Below the pieces are notes generated by a model. That model was not told the DNA's origin. It saw nothing but the letters and a program-made list of their open reading frames with translations, and searched no databases. A program made the position numbers and the translations under genes. From Bacteroidales bacterium UBA1797 (GTDB taxonomy: Bacteria > Bacteroidota > Bacteroidia > Bacteroidales > VadinHA17), in the NCBI GenBank assembly GCA_002319885.1, contig DCFT01000112.1, positions 2,820 to 66,819 on the forward strand: DNA of 64,000 bases, given 5' to 3'. Of this stretch, positions 29,327-38,313 are shown in pieces. How positions within the stretch are numbered: the first letter of the stretch is position 1; each line of letters starts with the position of its first letter.

Positions 29327-29671
29327 TTAAATTGCAGTTCCGCCTCTCTCTCCTGTCCGGATTCTTATACACTCCTCAAGTGGAGTTATAAAAATTTTCC
29401 CGTCTCCAACACTTCCGGTTCCATCAGTACGCGCAGCTTTTAGTATCGCATTCACTGTTATTTCTACAAAAGCATCATTGACTCCTATCTCAATTTTGAT
29501 TTTTGGGATAAGGTCAGGAATAATTATCTGCCCCCTGTACATTTCTTCAATTCTCTGCTGACCATGACCTGAGACACGGCTGACAGTGATCCTTTTAATA
29601 TCAGCTTCAATAAGTGATTCACGAACCTTGTCGAGCTGAACTTCTCTGATAATTGCTGTTATTAATTTCAT
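29327..29671 (-). CDS. glnK: P-II nitrogen regulatory protein
   Basis: 114-aa ORF. MKLITAIIREVQLDKV...KIKIEIGV...GDGKIFITPLEECIRIRTGE is a P-II pattern. It lies immediately downstream of the ammonium transporter gene. Confidence 0.9.
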   Translation of the reverse strand: MKLITAIIREVQLDKVRESLIEADIKRITVSRVSGHGQQRIEEMYRGQIIIPDLIPKIKIEIGVNDAFVEITVNAILKAARTDGTGSVGDGKIFITPLEECIRIRTGERGGTAI

Positions 29672-29697
29672 CTTATGACATTTACAAAATTACCTGA

Positions 29698-31029
29698 TTA
29701 ACTTGGATTTAACATTCCATATCCTCTTTCACCATGATAAGACCTGTCGAGTCCTGCCATTTCATCATCCTCTGACGATTTAAACTTAATAAACTTATTC
29801 AGTACAAAGATTATTATAAGAGTCATCACTGCTGCATATACAATTGCGATCGATACTGCCAGACCCTGTACACCAAGCTGATTCCAGATTGTCCATTTTC
29901 CTCCTGTAATAGTTGCTGCATCGCTCATCCACGAAGGACGAATAAAGAATGTAAGAAGCAGAGCTCCTACAATTCCTCCTACTCCGTGAATCCCAAATGC
30001 ATCGAGACTATCGTCATACCCAAGCCTGTTTTTAAACTGGATAGCAGAATAACAAACGAATGAAGCCAGTAACCCTAATATCATAGCGCCATAAGGCTGA
30101 ACAACACCTGCAGCTGGTGTTACAGCGACCAGACCTGCCAGAATTCCCGAGGCAAAACCCAGAGCTGTTGCTTTTCCCTGGTGGAAACTTTCAATGAGTA
30201 TCCATGAAAGAGCACCAGTTGCAGCGGCAACCTGAGTTGCTGTAAGCGCTTGTGCTGTGCTTAATCCAGAAGAGATACTGCTGCCCGCATTAAACCCGAA
30301 CCAGCCAACCCAGAGAAGACCTGCACCAAGCATTGTAATTACCATATTATTAGGACGGATCACCTGGTAGGGATAGCCTCTGCGTGCTCCAAGGAAAAGT
30401 ACTGCAACAAGTCCACTTACCCCGGCAGAAATATGAACAACTGTTCCTCCTGCAAAATCTATAGCCCCTTTTGCTCCCAGGTGAAAAAGGAAACCATCTG
30501 AGCTCCAAACCCAATGGCAAATGGGATTATAAACCAGAAGACTCCATATAGTTATAAAAAAACAATACGCTTTAAAATTAACTCTTTCCGCGAATGCACC
30601 TGCTATCAGAGCCGGCGTTATAATAGCAAACTTGCCCTGGAACATAGTGAATACATATTCAGGAATACCGGCATCCATAATCTTAGTGTCAATTCCTTTT
30701 AAAAAGAAATAGTCTTTATTCCATCCAAACCACCCTCCTAAAACATTCCCTCCAAAACACATGCTATATCCGACGATAACCCACACAACGCTAATAATAC
30801 CCATTGCCACAAAACTATGCATTATCGTTCCAAGCACATTTTTTGAACGTACAAGGCCACCATAGAACATCGCCAATCCCGGAATCATCAGTAAGACAAG
30901 AGCCGTGGATGTCAACATCCATGCCGTTGCTCCTGAATCAATGTGAGTATTATCAGCGGCAAATAAACCTGTACTGCTGATAAATAAAAATAAGAGTATC
31001 AAGAAGTATCTTCTTCCGGAAGTTTTCAT
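29698..31029 (-). CDS. amtB: Ammonium transporter (Amt family)
   Basis: 443-aa ORF with a signal peptide and about 11 TM segments. Amt motifs are DFAGGTVVHISAGVSGLV and DDSLDAFGIHGVGGIVGALL. Confidence 0.9.
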   Translation of the reverse strand: MKTSGRRYFLILLFLFISSTGLFAADNTHIDSGATAWMLTSTALVLLMIPGLAMFYGGLVRSKNVLGTIMHSFVAMGIISVVWVIVGYSMCFGGNVLGGWFGWNKDYFFLKGIDTKIMDAGIPEYVFTMFQGKFAIITPALIAGAFAERVNFKAYCFFITIWSLLVYNPICHWVWSSDGFLFHLGAKGAIDFAGGTVVHISAGVSGLVAVLFLGARRGYPYQVIRPNNMVITMLGAGLLWVGWFGFNAGSSISSGLSTAQALTATQVAAATGALSWILIESFHQGKATALGFASGILAGLVAVTPAAGVVQPYGAMILGLLASFVCYSAIQFKNRLGYDDSLDAFGIHGVGGIVGALLLTFFIRPSWMSDAATITGGKWTIWNQLGVQGLAVSIAIVYAAVMTLIIIFVLNKFIKFKSSEDDEMAGLDRSYHGERGYGMLNPS

Positions 31030-31187
31030 CAGTCAATAATTTAATGTTGAAGTAATAAAAAAGTAATATTTGATACAAACATATGCTATTTTAGGGGGTA
31101 TTTCAAAATATTTATATGTTTTTTTAATAATTATGATATTTTTTGAGGGGTATTTGTGAATTTTATATACTTTTTTATTAACTGCCT

Positions 31188-31964
31188 CTATTTTTCTTTG
31201 AGATTACTGATAAACTGAGATACATTCTCATTCAAATTTCCTTCCTGCCCTATGACTTTCACAAAGGCACTACCTATAATACCTCCCCGGGAATATTGCC
31301 CTGCCACTACAAATGTCTCACGGTTTGAAATGCCAAAACCAATCAATCCGGGGTTTTTCAGATTCATCTCTTGTATCCTTCTGAAATATGAAATCTGAGT
31401 ATCAGTGAATTTGTCTTTTGTCCCGGTAATGGATGATGAAGACACTATATAAATAAATCCACGGCTTATCTTATCTATAGCGAAAATCCTCTCATCAGAG
31501 GATTGGGGAGAAACAAGTAATATATTATAAAGATCATAATGATTAAAAACACTAAAATATTGCTCACTATAGATCAAAGGGGGCAGGTCGGGAATAATAA
31601 TACCATCTATACCTGTCTCACTGCATTTCAGGCAGAAATTCTCTACCCCGAACTGTATAACAGGGTTTAAATATCCCATGAGAAGCAGTGGTATTTTCAC
31701 TTCATCCCTGATATTGTTTAACTGATCGAAAAGAAGATTAAGGGTCATTCCATTCTTAAGCGCTCTTTCATTACTACGCTGAATAACTGGTCCATCAGCC
31801 ATTGGATCAGAGAAAGGTATACCGATCTCAATCATATCAGCACCGGCATTCTCCAGAGCTTTGATTATTCCGACTGTGGAATCAAGCTTTGGGTACCCGG
31901 CTGTAAAATAGACTGAAAGTATATTGCCTGTTTTCTGCCTGAAAAGTTTGTCAATCCGATTCAT
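31188..31964 (-). CDS. trpA: Tryptophan synthase alpha chain
   Basis: The track ORF extends to 32075. The TrpA-like sequence starts at the internal ATG at 31964 (MNRIDKLFRQKTGNILSVYFTAGYP...EIGIPFSDPMADGPVIQ). Confidence 0.9.
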   Translation of the reverse strand: MNRIDKLFRQKTGNILSVYFTAGYPKLDSTVGIIKALENAGADMIEIGIPFSDPMADGPVIQRSNERALKNGMTLNLLFDQLNNIRDEVKIPLLLMGYLNPVIQFGVENFCLKCSETGIDGIIIPDLPPLIYSEQYFSVFNHYDLYNILLVSPQSSDERIFAIDKISRGFIYIVSSSSITGTKDKFTDTQISYFRRIQEMNLKNPGLIGFGISNRETFVVAGQYSRGGIIGSAFVKVIGQEGNLNENVSQFISNLKEK

Positions 31965-32094
31965 ACTATAACGAACTAAATTTAAATTGCAATTTGTGAT
32001 AGTCTGTAGATCACTTAATGTTTCTTGTGGGTAATTGAATTCATTTTTACCATAAAAGCAAACAAAGTATAACACTAAGATACACCAGGGGAAT

Positions 32095-33291
32095 TCATAA
32101 ATTAAATATTCCCTTTTCCATGTATTTTATATAGGTATCCATATCTTTATCTCCTCTTCCTGAAATTGTTACTACTACAACATCCTCTTTATTGAAACGA
32201 TGTTTTCCTAACCATGCAAGTGCATGAGCCGATTCAAGTGCCGGGACAATTCCCTCAAGACGGGTAAGTCGGAATGCAGCCTCAAGAGCCTCATCGTCGG
32301 TTACATTATCGAAAATGACCCTCTTTAACTTATGAAGATATGAATGAATCGGTCCAATACCCGGATAATCGAGTCCGGCTGAAATTGAATAAGGTTCCGT
32401 TATCTGACCATCATCTGTCTGCATAAGCATAGTCCGGCTACCATGTATAATTCCCGGACGGCCCATTACCATTGTTGCAGCTGTTTCTCCACTTTTAATT
32501 CCTTTCCCTCCTGCTTCAACGGCAATCAATTTTACATGTTCATTTGTAAGATAATGATAAAAAGAGCCAATAGCGTTGCTCCCTCCTCCAACACAGGCTA
32601 TTATGTAATCAGGGTTTTCTTTCCCGGAAACTTCCCTGACCTGAAGTTTCATCTCCTCACTTATTACCGACTGCAGCCTTGTAACCAGATCGGGATATGG
32701 ATGCGGTCCTACTACCGAACCAATAATATAATAAGTATCAACCGGATTACCGATCCAGTCACGGATAGCCTCATTAGTGGCATCTTTCAGGGTTTTATTT
32801 CCACTTGTAACAGCGATTACTTCAGCGCCAAGCATTTTCATACGCAATACATTCGGTGATTGCCTTTCAATATCGGTTTGTCCCATAAAAACGATGCATT
32901 TCATCCCCATAAGGGCACATACTGTTGCAGTGGCAACGCCGTGCTGTCCAGCTCCTGTTTCAGCAATGATCCTCGATTTACCAAGACTCTTTGCAATTAA
33001 TATCTGTCCTATTGTATTGTTGATTTTATGCGCTCCGGTATGATTAAGATCCTCCCGTTTCAGAAAGATTTTTGTACCATGATACGACGACAACCGCGAG
33101 GCAAAAAACAAAGGAGAAGGCCTTCCTACATAATGCTTTAACAATGAATGAAATTCATCTTTGAATTTTTCATCATCAAGTATCTTAATGTAATTATCTT
33201 TCAATTCCTTTATATCGGAATACATCATTTCAGGAATATATGCGCCTCCGAATTCCCCGTAATAACCCCGCTCATCTACATTAAAGTTCAT
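32095..33291 (-). CDS. trpB: Tryptophan synthase beta chain
   Basis: 398-aa ORF. Motifs are GEFGGAYIPE, LKREDLNHTGAHKINN (PLP lysine) and GGGSNAIG. Confidence 0.95.
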   Translation of the reverse strand: MNFNVDERGYYGEFGGAYIPEMMYSDIKELKDNYIKILDDEKFKDEFHSLLKHYVGRPSPLFFASRLSSYHGTKIFLKREDLNHTGAHKINNTIGQILIAKSLGKSRIIAETGAGQHGVATATVCALMGMKCIVFMGQTDIERQSPNVLRMKMLGAEVIAVTSGNKTLKDATNEAIRDWIGNPVDTYYIIGSVVGPHPYPDLVTRLQSVISEEMKLQVREVSGKENPDYIIACVGGGSNAIGSFYHYLTNEHVKLIAVEAGGKGIKSGETAATMVMGRPGIIHGSRTMLMQTDDGQITEPYSISAGLDYPGIGPIHSYLHKLKRVIFDNVTDDEALEAAFRLTRLEGIVPALESAHALAWLGKHRFNKEDVVVVTISGRGDKDMDTYIKYMEKGIFNL

Positions 33292-33922
33292 TGCCTGTCA
33301 TTTTAATTGTCTTAATAAATTCTGTTACCAGTTCAACATCCTTAATTCCCGGAGCAGTTTCAAAACGACTGTTTATATCAATAGCAAAGTATCCACTGTT
33401 TTCAATCAGTCTGAGTGCACCCGGGTCTTCGGGCCCTATTCCTCCACTAAGGAAAAATGGCTTCTCAAGGGAGTATTCTTTTAGTTTTTCCCAGTTAAAC
33501 TTAGTACCACTTCCACCGGGCTTATCACTTTTAGTATCAAATAAAAAAAAATCACAAACAGGCATATATTGTTTCAGAATTTCAAAACTGAATTCATTGT
33601 CAATATTGAAAGTCTTAATTATAGCAAGTCCCGATGATCGTAACTGAAAACATGATACAGGTGATTCGTTTCCATGCAGTTGAATCATATCAAGTCCTGT
33701 CTGAGCCGATATTTCAAGTATCTTACTAATGTTTTCGTTCAGGAATACACCTACCCTTTTAATATCTGAATGCACATTACGGAAGAGTTCTATTTCCGGT
33801 TTGTCACCAACATATCTGGGTGATTCAGGATGGAAAATAAATCCCATGAAATCTGGCTTAGCTTCTGCTATCTCCTTTACATTCAAAGGATCATGCATAC
33901 CACATACTTTGACTTTTATCAT
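33281..33922 (-). CDS. trpF: Phosphoribosylanthranilate isomerase
   Basis: 213-aa ORF (MIKVKVCGMHDP...DFMGFIFHPESPRYV...QLHGNE...FLSGGIGPEN-like). It overlaps trpB by 11 nt. Confidence 0.9.
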   Translation of the reverse strand: MIKVKVCGMHDPLNVKEIAEAKPDFMGFIFHPESPRYVGDKPEIELFRNVHSDIKRVGVFLNENISKILEISAQTGLDMIQLHGNESPVSCFQLRSSGLAIIKTFNIDNEFSFEILKQYMPVCDFFLFDTKSDKPGGSGTKFNWEKLKEYSLEKPFFLSGGIGPEDPGALRLIENSGYFAIDINSRFETAPGIKDVELVTEFIKTIKMTGNEL

Positions 33923-33926
33923 TGCT

Positions 33927-34709
33927 TCAGGTTATTTCTTTAACAAATTCAGAAAAAGCATTTACAGGGTCAGGAGACCTCATAAATTTCTCGCCAATAA
34001 GAAATCCGTCAAATCCTGCCTCTCTTAGCTTTTTTATTGCCTGTGGTGAAGAGATACCACTTTCTGAAATCTTTATAAACCCTTTGGGTATTTTATCGGC
34101 TACCTGTTCAGAGATATTAGTGTTTACATCAAATGTTTTCAAATTCCGGTTATTTACACCAACGATATTTACATACTGGTTTACCTTATCAAGTTCGGCA
34201 GGTTCATGTATTTCCAGAAGGACCTCCATGTTCAGGGAACGGGCTAATCTTGCAAGATTCAGAAGCTCCTTTCTTCCAAGAACTGCAGCTATTAAAAGGA
34301 TTGCATCAGCACCGATTGACTTTGATTCAATGACCTGATATTCTTCAATTATAAACTCTTTCCGTAGAATTGGGAAAATACTCTCCTTTCTAATGCGCAA
34401 AAGGTCGGCATTTGAACCACCAAAAAATTGTGTGTCAGTAAGAACGGATACACCCGATGCGCCCTCCCTGAAATAGCCTGATGTAACTTCATCAATTGCA
34501 GAAAATGAATTTATTATACCTTTTGAAGGAGATTTTCTCTTGAACTCAGCAATAATGCCTGTCTTACTTTTATTCATAATAGACTCTGAGAGAGAAATAG
34601 CCTGCCGTTCAAACAATTCATTCTTTTTCAGATCGCTGAGAGGAGTTATACTGGCAAGTAATTTCACCTCTACCTTTTTGTTTTCAATTATTTTATCAAG
34701 TATGGTCAT
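33927..34709 (-). CDS. trpC: Indole-3-glycerol-phosphate synthase
   Basis: 260-aa ORF. Motifs are IIAEFKRKSPSKG, VLTDTQFFGGS, LRKEFIIEEYQ, VGVNNRNLKTF and ESGI. Confidence 0.9.
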   Translation of the reverse strand: MTILDKIIENKKVEVKLLASITPLSDLKKNELFERQAISLSESIMNKSKTGIIAEFKRKSPSKGIINSFSAIDEVTSGYFREGASGVSVLTDTQFFGGSNADLLRIRKESIFPILRKEFIIEEYQVIESKSIGADAILLIAAVLGRKELLNLARLARSLNMEVLLEIHEPAELDKVNQYVNIVGVNNRNLKTFDVNTNISEQVADKIPKGFIKISESGISSPQAIKKLREAGFDGFLIGEKFMRSPDPVNAFSEFVKEIT

Positions 34710-35701
34710 AGTTGCAATTGAATCAATCTAGTAAATGCTTTATAAGCCTTCCCGCTCAAAAGAGAATTGCTTGCGATTTCGCGACATTCTTCAAATGATT
34801 TTGCCGGGTAATAACATTTCAGTGCCATCTGGGTATTTACAATCACTACACTATTCTGGGTTGTTGTGCCTTCACCCTTCAGAATTCTGATAAAAAGATC
34901 AGCTGCTTCCTGTACACTTCTTCCACCACTCAACCCGGATTGGTCAACTCTCTTATACTCCATCTTTTCAGGTGAAACAATATGTTCAACACCATTAAGA
35001 ATATACTTGAATTCAGATGTAAGAGAAACCTCGTCATATCCGTCGAGACTAAAAATAATCATATACTGCATTGATGATTGCTGGTACAGATAGTTGTACA
35101 AACGGGCAAGTTCTAGACTATAAACACCTATTAGTTGTTTCGTGGGAAATGAGGGATTAACCATTGGTCCCAGCATATTGAAAAATGTCTTAATTTTTAA
35201 AGCTCTCCTTACAGGTGCCACATTTTTCATTGCGGGATTGAAGAGGGGAGCATGTAAAAAACAGACTCCTGATTTATCAATCTCTTTTTTTAGTTTTTCG
35301 CTATCGGTGGAAAATTTATAGCCGAAATGCTCAAGAATATTAGACGAACCACACGTTGAACTTACTCCATAATTTCCATGCTTTGCTATTTTGATACCTG
35401 CCCCGGCAAGAACAAAAGTAGAGAGTGTTGATATATTGAAAGTGTCTTTCCCATCGCCGCCCGTGCCGCAAACATCCATAGGATCAAATTCTGACAGGTC
35501 CACTCTGATACAAAGGTTAAGCAGAGCATCGCGAAATCCGGTGAGCTCATCAACAGTGATGCTCCTCATAAGATAGACAGTTAGAAAAGCAGCAATCTCC
35601 GACTCTGAATAATTACCATTGGCAATGTTGGTAAGAACTTTTTCTGCTTCCTGCCGGGAAAGAGTTTTGTGGTCGAAGAGATGATTCAGTGTTTCACGCA
35701 T
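34706..35701 (-). CDS. trpD: Anthranilate phosphoribosyltransferase
   Basis: 331-aa ORF. Motifs are DVCGTGGDGKDTFNIST and KHGNYGVSSTCGSSN. There is a 4-nt overlap with trpC. Confidence 0.9.
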   Translation of the reverse strand: MRETLNHLFDHKTLSRQEAEKVLTNIANGNYSESEIAAFLTVYLMRSITVDELTGFRDALLNLCIRVDLSEFDPMDVCGTGGDGKDTFNISTLSTFVLAGAGIKIAKHGNYGVSSTCGSSNILEHFGYKFSTDSEKLKKEIDKSGVCFLHAPLFNPAMKNVAPVRRALKIKTFFNMLGPMVNPSFPTKQLIGVYSLELARLYNYLYQQSSMQYMIIFSLDGYDEVSLTSEFKYILNGVEHIVSPEKMEYKRVDQSGLSGGRSVQEAADLFIRILKGEGTTTQNSVVIVNTQMALKCYYPAKSFEECREIASNSLLSGKAYKAFTRLIQLQL

Positions 35702-35764
35702 GTTTTTTAGTATTTAACTTTTTCATCAGACTACTGTAAATGATTAACAATATTCAACCGGTAT

Positions 35765-36337
35765 CTAATAATTAATCCAGTTCTCTATTATATTCATACC
35801 ATACCCTGTAAGAACTGATTCGGGGTGGAACTGCAGCCCTCGTACATCGTAGACTTTATGACTTATGCCCATAATTATCCCGTTTTCATCCTTGCAGGTG
35901 ATTTTAAAACATTCAGGTAAATCATCACCCGACACTACCCATGAATGATACCTTCCTCCTATAATTGAAGAAGGAATATTTTTGAAAAGAGGGTCATTAA
36001 TATCAGTTATCAGCACCGGAGTGGCAATCCCATGAAATACAGAATTAAGATTCAGAATTTTGCCTCCGAAAGCCTCTCCTATTGCCTGGTGTCCAAGACA
36101 TATACCCAGAATGCTTTTTGTCGGAGCGTAGCATTTTATCAGATCAATACAAATCCCTGCATTAACCGGAACTCCTGGTCCGGGAGAAATAACAATTTTT
36201 TCAAACCCCTCAACTTCATCTATTTTAATCTCATCATTACGATAGACAGAAGGGCATATCCCTGTCAGCTTTTCAATGTAATAAACCAGATTGTATGTGA
36301 ATGAATCGTAATTATCAATAACCAATATCTTTTTCAT
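35765..36337 (-). CDS. trpG: Anthranilate synthase component II (glutamine amidotransferase)
   Basis: 190-aa ORF. Motifs are ILVIDNYDSFTYNLV, ISPGPG, GICLGHQAI and the catalytic region LQFHPES. Confidence 0.9.
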   Translation of the reverse strand: MKKILVIDNYDSFTYNLVYYIEKLTGICPSVYRNDEIKIDEVEGFEKIVISPGPGVPVNAGICIDLIKCYAPTKSILGICLGHQAIGEAFGGKILNLNSVFHGIATPVLITDINDPLFKNIPSSIIGGRYHSWVVSGDDLPECFKITCKDENGIIMGISHKVYDVRGLQFHPESVLTGYGMNIIENWINY

Positions 36338-36354
36338 ATAATAATAATTAAGAA

Positions 36355-37764
36355 TTACTTAATTTCTTCTGCCTGTTCAATAGCTTTTCGGAGTGCCCCA
36401 AGCTTATTATTAACCTCCTGCAGTTCCATCTCCTCGTCAGAATTGGCAACAATTCCGGCGCCTGCCTGATAATAAAGAGTATTGGCTTTGCTTAGAAAAG
36501 TTCTGATCATTATGGCATGGTTAAAATGACCCCTGAAATCGAGGAAGCCGATTGCTCCTCCATAATACCCGCGTCTTTGATTTTCCAATTTATCTATGAT
36601 TTTCATTGCCATATACTTAGGAGCTCCTGAAAGTGTGCCGGCAGGGAAGGTTGAAGACATCATGTCTGCAACATTTGTACCTTTTTTAAGCTCTCCTGAA
36701 ACGGCTGATACAAGGTGAATAACATGAGAATAGAACTGAACTTCCCGGTAGCTTTCAACTTTGACATTGTCTGCATGTCTGCTCAGATCATTCCGTGCAA
36801 GGTCAACCAGCATAACATGTTCTGCATTTTCTTTCTGATCGGTTGAAAGTTCCTGCGCAAGAAGCTTGTCTTTTTCATCATTGCCGGTACGCTTGAATGT
36901 TCCGGCAATAGGATTAATGAAAGCTTTCCCCTTAATAATCTTCAGGTGGGCTTCGGGTGATGATCCGAATATCTTATAATTCCCATAATCAAAATAGAAA
37001 AGATAAGGAGAAGGATTTATCGACCTCAAAGCCCTGTAAACATTAAATTCATCGCCAGTAAATTGCCGCGAGAATTGCCTGGATAAAACCACCTGAAAAA
37101 CATCTCCCAGATAACAATGTTCTTTCCCTTTACTTACCATAGCCATATACTGTTTGTCAGAAATATTACGATGTTCATCCCCGACAGTTTTAAAAGAGTA
37201 GATAGCAACGTTTCTGCTGTTAAGTAATGATTCAATCCTGTCAAGCTCACTGGATTCGCCATTTACCTGATTTTCAATTATCTGCAGTGTGTTCAGATAA
37301 TGGTTTATTGCTATAATGTATTTATAAAGGTGATATCTGGCATCAGGGATCTCATATTCGCAGTAAGGACTTTGTTTAAATTCAATCTTTTCGAAATATT
37401 CAACAGCGTCGTACGACAGGTAACCAAACAGTCCGTTAACCGGGATATCTTCCTGCAAATCTGATTGAACAAATGTGTCAGCAAAAGCAGAGAACCTTGT
37501 ATTAAACGTCTGTTTATCTGCTATATCAGTAACAATTGTCGAACCGTCAGGGAAAGTTTCGGTAATAGTTCCTTTATCAGCCTCGAAACCTGCCACCGGT
37601 TTCATGCAAATGAAAGAATAACTGTTTTCATTACCGTGATAATCAGAGCTTTCCAATAACAGAGAGTTTGGATAGATGTCTCTGATTCTAAGATATATGC
37701 TCACCGGAGTTATTATGTCAGCCAACAGCCTCCTTGAAATTGTTTTAATCTTAAATTGTATCAT
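36355..37764 (-). CDS. trpE: Anthranilate synthase component I
   Basis: The track ORF starts at 37824, but that would place the terminator hairpin inside the CDS. The internal ATG at 37764 gives [29 protein letters not shown]... Chorismate-binding motifs are [20 protein letters not shown] and YYGGAIGF. Confidence 0.9.
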   Translation of the reverse strand: MIQFKIKTISRRLLADIITPVSIYLRIRDIYPNSLLLESSDYHGNENSYSFICMKPVAGFEADKGTITETFPDGSTIVTDIADKQTFNTRFSAFADTFVQSDLQEDIPVNGLFGYLSYDAVEYFEKIEFKQSPYCEYEIPDARYHLYKYIIAINHYLNTLQIIENQVNGESSELDRIESLLNSRNVAIYSFKTVGDEHRNISDKQYMAMVSKGKEHCYLGDVFQVVLSRQFSRQFTGDEFNVYRALRSINPSPYLFYFDYGNYKIFGSSPEAHLKIIKGKAFINPIAGTFKRTGNDEKDKLLAQELSTDQKENAEHVMLVDLARNDLSRHADNVKVESYREVQFYSHVIHLVSAVSGELKKGTNVADMMSSTFPAGTLSGAPKYMAMKIIDKLENQRRGYYGGAIGFLDFRGHFNHAIMIRTFLSKANTLYYQAGAGIVANSDEEMELQEVNNKLGALRKAIEQAEEIK

Positions 37765-37815
37765 AGTTTTTGTTTTTATTCTGTCACATCTACTTTTCAA
37801 AATTCCCTGTTTCTT

Positions 37816-37852
37816 AAAAATCAAAAAAGCCTGTCGTGATTACGACAGGCTT
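37816..37852 (-). terminator. trp attenuator terminator hairpin upstream of trpE
   Basis: The minus strand reads AAGCCTGTCGT-AATC-ACGACAGGCTT, a perfect 11-bp stem with a 4-nt loop, followed by TTTTGATTTTT. It lies between the leader ORF and the trpE ATG. Confidence 0.75.
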
Positions 37853-37895
37853 CTGATTAATATCTTATAATATTATATACAAATAGCTGGCAGTC

Positions 37896-37955
37896 TCACG
37901 TCAAAAAGTGAAAAATTCTTAACCACCAACGCCAATATGTACAAATAGTCTTCAT
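37896..37955 (-). CDS. trp operon leader peptide, 19 aa (MKTICTYWRWWLRIFHFLT)
   Basis: The minus strand reads ATG AAG ACT ATT TGT ACA TAT TGG CGT TGG TGG TTA AGA ATT TTT CAC TTT TTG ACG TGA. Three of the 19 codons are Trp, in a W-R-W-W cluster. It sits about 45 nt upstream of the terminator hairpin. Confidence 0.7.
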   Translation of the reverse strand: MKTICTYWRWWLRIFHFLT

Positions 37956-37974
37956 TTTAAGTTCCGTTCAACTG

Positions 37975-37982
37975 CAAATATA
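37975..37982 (-). promoter_or_regulatory. Candidate -7 promoter box TATATTTG for the trp leader/operon
   Basis: The minus strand reads TATATTTGCA, which fits the Bacteroidota TAnnTTTG element. A TTTG lies 19 nt further upstream. The leader ATG is about 20 nt downstream. Confidence 0.4.
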
Positions 37983-38045
37983 GAATATGTTTTTAAAAAA
38001 ACAAATTCTGACGGTTTTTATTGAAAATGACCGTTAACTACAAAG

Positions 38046-38135
38046 TTCACAAAGCAGGCACAAAGTACACTAAGAGAATGTATTTAGTTTATCAGTCCTT
38101 TGTGATCTTTGTGTTAACCTTTGTGTCCTGTGTGG
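38046..38135. repeat. Inverted array of CACAAAG / CTTTGTG heptamers
   Basis: ttcacaaagcaggcacaaagtacac (38046-38070) faces cctttgtgatctttgtgttaacctttgtgtcctgtgtgg (38097-38135). The arms can pair as a long imperfect hairpin. Confidence 0.5.
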
Positions 38136-38167
38136 TTAAGAGACTCCTTATAACATTTTACATTCCC

Positions 38168-38187
38168 ATGACAATTGATGACAATTC
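38168..38187 (+). promoter_or_regulatory. Tandem direct repeat ATGACAATTG / ATGACAATTC (10-bp period), candidate response-regulator site
   Basis: Read directly from the sequence. Further ATGACA copies occur at 38199-38204 and 38273-38278, all upstream of the gene starting at 38314. Confidence 0.35.
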
Positions 38188-38313
38188 TTTACACAACTAT
38201 GACAGCGATTCATTTTCTGAAGTGCAACTTTGTATTACAAATTAAGAATCGTCATAAAAATGAATATAAATGATGACAAATTTCTATAAATACTAAAATT
38301 GAAACCTTCAATC

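Noticed and set aside
37765-37824. N-terminal 20-codon extension of trpE given by the ORF track. Similar extensions exist for trpA (31965-32075), the 19297 gene (19807-19941) and the 21718 ORF (21718-21789).
   Set aside because: The trpE extension would translate through the attenuator terminator hairpin. In the other cases the conserved sequence or signal peptide begins at an internal Met, so shorter starts were preferred.
37860-37900. Attempt to define the antiterminator stem of the trp attenuator.
   Set aside because: I could find a plausible pairing of the Trp-codon region with CUGCCAG, but no convincing pairing that competes with the terminator 5' arm. This needs a folding calculation and is left unclaimed.
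38021-38245. 74-aa ORF (TTG start) between the trp promoter and the sugar-binding-domain genes.
   Set aside because: Its sequence is dominated by the CACAAAG/CTTTGTG repeat array and the ATGACA repeats. It has no credible start context or recognisable protein features. I treated it as non-coding regulatory or repeat DNA.
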